Below, piece by piece: positions 34,994 through 39,694 of a stretch of DNA of 39,694 bases (the first letter of the stretch is position 1; every line of letters begins with the position of its first letter). Under the pieces are notes generated by a model. The model was not told the origin of the DNA, searched no databases, and saw only the letters and a list, made by a program, of their open reading frames with translations. The translations under genes were made by a program, and so were the position numbers. Source of the DNA: a virus; the IMG/VR virus record IMGVR_UViG_3300045988_158434, positions 1-39,694 of that record. One strand, written 5' to 3'.

Positions 34994-36205
34994 TTATTTT
35001 AGCCCTAACTTGATCTTGATCACTTCGGCAATAGCCATGTACTGCCTTTCGAATTCATTTCCCTGATGTGTCTTTTTGACTTGTTCCTCGAACTCTTCAA
35101 TAGAACCCCGAAAGCATCCGCAGATGATTTCAACTTTCCCTGATTGAGTTTTATAGGCATGGGTGTGACGATTAGCAGACCCAAAACAATCAAATCCACA
35201 ATGTTCATTATTATTTGACACCTTAGCATCGCCGGACACCTGAGCATTGCCGGACACCTTAGCATCGCCGGACACCCAAGCATTGCCGGACACCTGAGCA
35301 TCGCCGGACACCTGAGCATTGCCGGACACCTGAGCATTGCCGGACACCCAAGCATCGCCGGACACCTTAGCATCGCCGCACACCTGAGCATTGCCGTACA
35401 CCTTAGCATCGCCGTACACCCAAGCATCGTCGTACACCTTAGCATCGCCGGACACCTGAGCATCGCCGTACACCTGAGCATTGCCGTACACCTTAGCATC
35501 GCCGTACACCCAAGCATCGCCGGACACCTGAGCATTGCCGGACACCTGAGCATCGCCGGACACCCAAGCATTGCCGCACACCCAAGCATCGCCGCACACC
35601 TGAGCATTGCCGTACACCTTAGCATCGCCGCACACCTTAGCATTGCCGTACACCTTAGCATCGCCGGACACCCAAGCATTGCCGGACACCTTAGCATCGC
35701 CGGACACCTTAGCATCGCCGGACACCTGAGCATTGCCGGACACCCAAGCATCGCCGGACACCTGAGCATTGCCGTACACCTTAGCATTGCCGTACACCTT
35801 AGCATCGCCGCACACCTTAGCATTGCCGTACACCTTAGCATTGCCGTACACCTTAGCATCGCCGTACACCCAAGCATCGCCGGACACCTGAGCATTGCCG
35901 GACACCTGAGCATCGCCGGACACCCAAGCATTGCCGCACACCCAAGCATCGCCGCACACCTGAGCATTGCCGTACACCTTAGCATCGCCGGACACCTGAG
36001 CATCGCCGGACACCTGAGCATCGCCGGACACCTGAGCATTGCCGCACACCCAAGCATCGCCGGACAGGTTATCTTCTTTTTCAATATACCCACCAAGATC
36101 ACCTACATCGGCATGCTTGATTTTACGCGTGCATTTGATTTGTAACAACTTAATACCAAACGCGTTGATTATAAATTTGTCCGTTAATTCGAAATGTTTG
36201 TCCAT
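34994..36205 (-). CDS. hexapeptide-repeat protein B: about 48 tandem G[D/N]A[Q/K/W]V[S/Y/C] hexads with N- and C-terminal caps homologous to protein A
   Basis: 403-aa ORF with a near-perfect 18-bp DNA array at 35215-36065. N-terminal ...INAFGIK...ADVGDLGG and C-terminal ...IICGCFRGSIEEFEEQVKK align with protein A's VNGIGWAAF...IEVGDG and IQIGCKKHTISEWQKHFRE. Confidence 0.6.
   Translation of the reverse strand: MDKHFELTDKFIINAFGIKLLQIKCTRKIKHADVGDLGGYIEKEDNLSGDAWVCGNAQVSGDAQVSGDAQVSGDAKVYGNAQVCGDAWVCGNAWVSGDAQVSGNAQVSGDAWVYGDAKVYGNAKVYGNAKVCGDAKVYGNAKVYGNAQVSGDAWVSGNAQVSGDAKVSGDAKVSGNAWVSGDAKVYGNAKVCGDAKVYGNAQVCGDAWVCGNAWVSGDAQVSGNAQVSGDAWVYGDAKVYGNAQVYGDAQVSGDAKVYDDAWVYGDAKVYGNAQVCGDAKVSGDAWVSGNAQVSGNAQVSGDAQVSGNAWVSGDAKVSGNAQVSGDAKVSNNNEHCGFDCFGSANRHTHAYKTQSGKVEIICGCFRGSIEEFEEQVKKTHQGNEFERQYMAIAEVIKIKLGLK
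35215..36065. repeat. about 47 tandem 18-bp units (gcatYgccgKacacc-YRa-) inside gene B
   Basis: Direct reading. Higher-order duplicated blocks are visible. Confidence 0.9.
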
Positions 36206-36296
36206 AATATTGAGTGTTTTAAATTTGTCCTTAAAAACCCTCCGGGGCCGTCGCGGATGCGGTGGGAGTGAATCAACCTAAAACTAACCTGACAAC

Positions 36297-36569
36297 CTAC
36301 GACAGGTAGGGATCATTCTTGAGCCTCATGAGGTCGAAGTCGTTGGCAACCTCACCTTCGGGCAAGTAGGTTTTCAAATCGGCCGAGACGATGAACAGTC
36401 TGGGCTCCTTGAAGCGACCTTCGTAAATCATCACGGATATATTCAGATTGCTATAAAATCTGTCCGTGTTGTATTTGATCGTAGCGCAGAAGTCTCCCGG
36501 ATACTCACATGATTTGTCCTCGACCAGCATCGCCAACTGGTAGTAATCTTCGTTTGTCAAACGTATCAT
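36297..36569 (-). CDS. hypothetical protein
   Basis: ORF between repeat gene B and the exonuclease. Confidence 0.35.
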   Translation of the reverse strand: MIRLTNEDYYQLAMLVEDKSCEYPGDFCATIKYNTDRFYSNLNISVMIYEGRFKEPRLFIVSADLKTYLPEGEVANDFDLMRLKNDPYLS

Positions 36570-36574
36570 AATGT

Positions 36575-37504
36575 CTATTTAAATTTCAGCATTCTGTAAC
36601 TCGATTCTACCGTGCATTCGCTGACTATGTTCGGATATTTCAATCTCAGCATTTCCGTATCCAGCTTTTTGCGGCAATAGGATTTAAAGGTGGCGATAGT
36701 GGTTCCCTCGTACTCCATGCTGTCCTGCTCTCCGAATCTTAGGATCATCTCGCCCTCTATCTCCTTTTTCTCTCGCTCCAGTACCTTGATCGCCTTATTC
36801 AGTTTCCCCAGACGCTCGTACCTCGAAAACATATCTTTCCCTACCCTCACGATACCTTCCTTGCTCTCCGGGTATGTTTCCCGAATGTCCTGCGCAGTGG
36901 TAGGTTCCGGTTGTTCGCCCCCGATTATGTGCTTCTGAAACCAGTCGGTCGCCTTGCGCATATTCGTGAGCGTCCAATCTTTATCGAAAGTATAATGTCC
37001 GTATTTAAGCTCTTTTCTACCGTCGCAAATGACCAGAAAGGCGTTTTTTCGGCCCATCACGGCCATTTGAAACTGGACCTGCGCATACCACTCTTTCGGA
37101 ATGCTATCTGCGTCCATATCGTCTATTATTCGCTTCGTGTCTTTTATCTCCACCACCGGACGGTCCTCCCATTCCTGTTTGAATGCCTCCCGATCCGGCG
37201 AGCATTCCACGAAGTCCGGGAACTCGTCGTTGGTATACACATCGTATGATGCCGAGCGCTTTATAATCTCGCAACCGGTCTCGCTCTCGAACCATTTGGC
37301 AATCGCATCCTCCATGAATATCCCCCGGTGCATATTCGCGTTCATCTCATCGCTTCCCTTCGTCTTGCGCTCCCAATACTGCAAAGGCGTAACGTACTCG
37401 CTCAAGCCGAGTATTATCCCGAAATCCGAGCTGCCGAGAACCGGCCGGCTCTCCCTGCGCTCCAGCCATTCCGCTCTGGTTTTAAATGTCTCTTTCCGTA
37501 TCAT
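36575..37504 (-). CDS. YqaJ-like (lambda Exo family) recombination exonuclease
   Basis: VLGSSDFGIILGLSEYVTPLQYWERKTKG...NMHRGIFMEDAIAKWFESETGCEI...VEIK matches the YqaJ PD-(D/E)xK signature. Confidence 0.75.
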   Translation of the reverse strand: MIRKETFKTRAEWLERRESRPVLGSSDFGIILGLSEYVTPLQYWERKTKGSDEMNANMHRGIFMEDAIAKWFESETGCEIIKRSASYDVYTNDEFPDFVECSPDREAFKQEWEDRPVVEIKDTKRIIDDMDADSIPKEWYAQVQFQMAVMGRKNAFLVICDGRKELKYGHYTFDKDWTLTNMRKATDWFQKHIIGGEQPEPTTAQDIRETYPESKEGIVRVGKDMFSRYERLGKLNKAIKVLEREKKEIEGEMILRFGEQDSMEYEGTTIATFKSYCRKKLDTEMLRLKYPNIVSECTVESSYRMLKFK

Positions 37505-37979
37505 CGATTATCAATTTTATGTATTTCATTAGTTTTTCCTCTGAAAAGCCGAGGCCGTCGGTAAATGTGTCTTGCGTGGGGATATATTTGGCTCGGACTT
37601 TCCAACTATTTATGCACACTCCCCGCAAATGCCTGTCCCACGAAGGGGACACGCTTAATTCGATGTCGATATACATATCCTCGACTTCCTCGTCGTATTC
37701 TATCGTATACGTCCCCTCGCGCCCATATCGCAACTCTATTTTTTCCGCGAGCATATTCGCTATCTTGCACATATCCAGATCGTCGAATCGGAACAGCTCG
37801 TAACACGCCATACGCGTCCGTCCTCGCTTCATCATGCGTGACACAACCGCGTGCCCGTCATGGCGAAGACGCTGTACCACAGCACTCAGACGATGTACCC
37901 CGAACATTTCGGCCGCCGAAAATATCGTAACCGTTTCTCCGCGCTGCAATTCCTGCAAAATCATTTCTTTCTGTGTCAT
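37482..37979 (-). CDS. putative winged-HTH DNA-binding protein
   Basis: ILQELQRGETVTIFSAAEMFGVHRLSAVVQRLRHDGHAV. The ATG at 37979 is used; the track start is TTG. Confidence 0.35.
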   Translation of the reverse strand: MTQKEMILQELQRGETVTIFSAAEMFGVHRLSAVVQRLRHDGHAVVSRMMKRGRTRMACYELFRFDDLDMCKIANMLAEKIELRYGREGTYTIEYDEEVEDMYIDIELSVSPSWDRHLRGVCINSWKVRAKYIPTQDTFTDGLGFSEEKLMKYIKLIIDDTERDI

Positions 37980-37980
37980 G

Positions 37981-38553
37981 TTACATTCCTTTGCATTCGA
38001 CAAATTCCCCGTTCTTGAGCCTGTAAAAAGTGTTTACTTTAATGCGGTCGCCGTCTACCTGCGTACTTTTCACATCTATCACTTTCTTTGATCGGCACTC
38101 GGCCAACACAAGCCAGCATCCTAATGCCCCTTTAGCTTTTGAGCGCCATCCGATAGATATGGCGACAGACTGATCCCCCGAGACAATCGCCTCGGTGCCT
38201 TTTTTCGTAGTGACGGCTACCGATCTGTTTTTTTCGGATACGATGCTTTTAGATGTGTTTATACCTTCCCTAATGATTTTTTCTGCGGCCTCGGCAATAT
38301 CGTCCAGCCCCATATCCTCAATCACACGCAATTCCGATGTATTTACATGGTGCCCCTGCTTGTCTGCCTTATTGTCCGGGCTTTCAACTCGGGAGTATCC
38401 GCTATCACATGGCGGATAGTACCTTAAAACATCCAGCGGATTATCGAAAAATGATAATTTGCCGCCAATTACGGGGCGTCGTGTGTAAACACGCCCAACT
38501 TCTAACCGTAATTTATTGTCTTTGTAATTTTCAAAACCTATATACCCTTCCAT
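37981..38553 (-). CDS. hypothetical protein
   Basis: ORF. Confidence 0.35.
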   Translation of the reverse strand: MEGYIGFENYKDNKLRLEVGRVYTRRPVIGGKLSFFDNPLDVLRYYPPCDSGYSRVESPDNKADKQGHHVNTSELRVIEDMGLDDIAEAAEKIIREGINTSKSIVSEKNRSVAVTTKKGTEAIVSGDQSVAISIGWRSKAKGALGCWLVLAECRSKKVIDVKSTQVDGDRIKVNTFYRLKNGEFVECKGM

Positions 38554-38556
38554 GTC

Positions 38557-38838
38557 TCAGATCAATAATAATGTTACAATAGCGCCGAATACGCATCCAT
38601 ACAGAAAAGACAAAACCCACGTTCTAACTACTTTAGAGGCTGCCGATTTTTGCGATCTGCTATCCATAAACACGGCGGACCTCTCGTCGTCCCATTCGGT
38701 CAGGCAACTGGCGACGATATCGACGGACTCCTTTCTGAATCGGTTACCCTCCCACTTCCCGGTATTCTCGTTCTTGGTGGGTCGGGCCATGAAGGAATAG
38801 ACGTCGCCGTTTTTATCTTTTGAAAAATATATCATCAT
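38557..38838 (-). CDS. hypothetical protein with a C-terminal transmembrane helix
   Basis: VLSFLYGCVFGAIVTLLLI. Confidence 0.3.
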   Translation of the reverse strand: MMIYFSKDKNGDVYSFMARPTKNENTGKWEGNRFRKESVDIVASCLTEWDDERSAVFMDSRSQKSAASKVVRTWVLSFLYGCVFGAIVTLLLI

Positions 38839-38842
38839 GGCT

Positions 38843-39118
38843 TCAAAGTATTTCGTAGATTCTGATTCGGTCGTTTTGAAAGTTGTAAAATCGAGATTCG
38901 GACAAGATCGTATCCTTTTTCTCCGATTCGGTGAGAATATTATGGCGTCGGAGCTGGTAATATGCCGAGTTAACCCTGAAAGGAGATTCTGGCCTCGGCC
39001 GGTCGTAATACTCCAGTATTTTTATCGGCCTGTTGCGGCATACTTGGTATATTCGGACATGGAAACAGGTGTTTTCTTCCGAATTAGTCGGCCGACATGT
39101 AAATACAAAGGTTCTCAT
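38843..39118 (-). CDS. hypothetical protein
   Basis: ORF. Confidence 0.3.
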   Translation of the reverse strand: MRTFVFTCRPTNSEENTCFHVRIYQVCRNRPIKILEYYDRPRPESPFRVNSAYYQLRRHNILTESEKKDTILSESRFYNFQNDRIRIYEIL

Positions 39119-39378
39119 GGCTCATTCAGGTTTTCCAGACGTTCAAAAATCCATCCTATGACCATATCCCTATCGCTTTTACATAATCGGCGGTCTTCCT
39201 CCACTTCTTTTACTAAGTCCCGCGAAACGTCGAACATATTCCGGTTTACATCGGTATCGAGGTTATCGATGCACTGGCCGTAATAGTCCAAAATACTCTC
39301 GTTCTTAAAGGTCCGCGAACAAGTGGAGCAACTGGAAACGAGCAGGCATATAATGGCCGTTAAAATCGATTTTCTCAT
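39115..39378 (-). CDS. small lipoprotein (signal peptide plus LVSSC lipobox)
   Basis: MRKSILTAIICLLVSSCST. Confidence 0.45.
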   Translation of the reverse strand: MRKSILTAIICLLVSSCSTCSRTFKNESILDYYGQCIDNLDTDVNRNMFDVSRDLVKEVEEDRRLCKSDRDMVIGWIFERLENLNEP

Positions 39379-39390
39379 AGTTAATGGATA

Positions 39391-39694
39391 TTATTTCTGC
39401 TTGACATTCCACCTGCCGTGAAGTTTGGCAATAAGGTCTATATAAGACCCATATTCATCGATTTGCTCCTCAGAATAACCTTCAGCCTTCCCAATTTCGC
39501 GGAAATGCTTTTGCCACTCCGAAATAGTATGTTTTTTACAACCTATTTGGATAGCATCGTACCCCCAGTATGAAACGGAGTGCTGGGAGGCCGATATGAA
39601 TAATGATTTAGGTACTTTGCAGCCGTAGCCGAGTTCGCAGTAGTCGCCGAGTTCGCAGTCGTCGCCGAGTTTGCAGTAGTTGCCGAGTTCGCAG
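39391..39694 (-). CDS. C-terminal part of repeat protein A (stop TAA, reverse complement, at 39391-39393)
   Basis: Reading the - strand from the repeat units at the window end gives ...CELGYGCKVPKSLFISASQHSVSYWGYDAIQIGCKKHTISEWQKHFREIGKAEGYSEEQIDEYGSYIDLIAKLHGRWNVKQK*. The frame is continuous with the 1..510 segment once the 55-bp terminal overlap is collapsed. Confidence 0.6.
   Translation of the reverse strand, partial: CELGNYCKLGDDCELGDYCELGYGCKVPKSLFISASQHSVSYWGYDAIQIGCKKHTISEWQKHFREIGKAEGYSEEQIDEYGSYIDLIAKLHGRWNVKQK
39640..39694. repeat. 55-bp terminal redundancy identical to 1..55 (circular-contig overlap)
   Basis: A 55/55 exact match between the window start and end. A gene reads across the junction. 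Confidence 0.8.

Noticed and set aside
35020-36102. 360-aa ORF 'CPAMLRCPAMLRC...' on the - strand
   Set aside because: It is the alternative reading frame of the 18-bp array in gene B, and any frame of a perfect 18-bp repeat is open. The GDAxVx frame has the proper start, caps and stop.
36206-36296. GC-rich element (ccctccggggccgtcgcggatgcggtggg) as an sRNA or terminator
   Set aside because: No convincing stem could be paired by eye. It may simply be a ribosome-binding or leader region for gene B.
39640-39694. Genuine 55-bp direct terminal repeat of a linear genome
   Set aside because: 55 bp equals a common assembler k-mer, and a gene reads continuously across the junction. A circular-contig overlap is more parsimonious, though physical ends need read-level mapping.

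Overview
The window appears to be a complete circular phage genome. Positions 1-55 are identical to 39640-39694, which is the kind of k-mer-sized terminal overlap assemblers leave on circular contigs, so the unique length is about 39.64 kb. The coding content and the Bacteroides-type promoter motifs point to a contractile-tailed (P2/Mu-like) phage of a Bacteroidota host. Two divergent transcription units leave a 1.07-kb non-coding control region at 1223-2290. The rightward late operon (2291-26629, + strand) encodes small and large terminase, portal, a prohead-protease/scaffold/major-capsid fusion, tail sheath, tail tube, chaperones with a -1 frameshift, tape measure, a baseplate set (gpD/V/W/J-like), two paralogous tail fibres with a perfect 3 x 153-bp repeat, a putative cell-wall enzyme pair, and RusA. 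The leftward early or accessory operon occupies the - strand from 1222 across the junction down to 26632. It encodes RecT, a YqaJ exonuclease, an HNH endonuclease, a C5-cytosine methyltransferase interrupted by one in-frame TAG, a Dps-like ferritin, YopX, a Fib_succ_major-domain protein, and many small ORFs. The most unusual content is a pair of paralogous genes (wrap-around 39391..510, and 34994..36205). Each is built from a near-perfect 18-bp tandem array encoding hexapeptides, (xxC[E/K]LG)n and (G[D/N]A[Q/K/W]V[S/Y/C])n. The two share homologous N- and C-terminal caps and bracket the recombination module. The control region also contains Z-DNA-prone alternating purine/pyrimidine tracts, and an intrinsic terminator sits immediately upstream of the late promoter. 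No integrase, repressor, tRNA or CRISPR was recognised.
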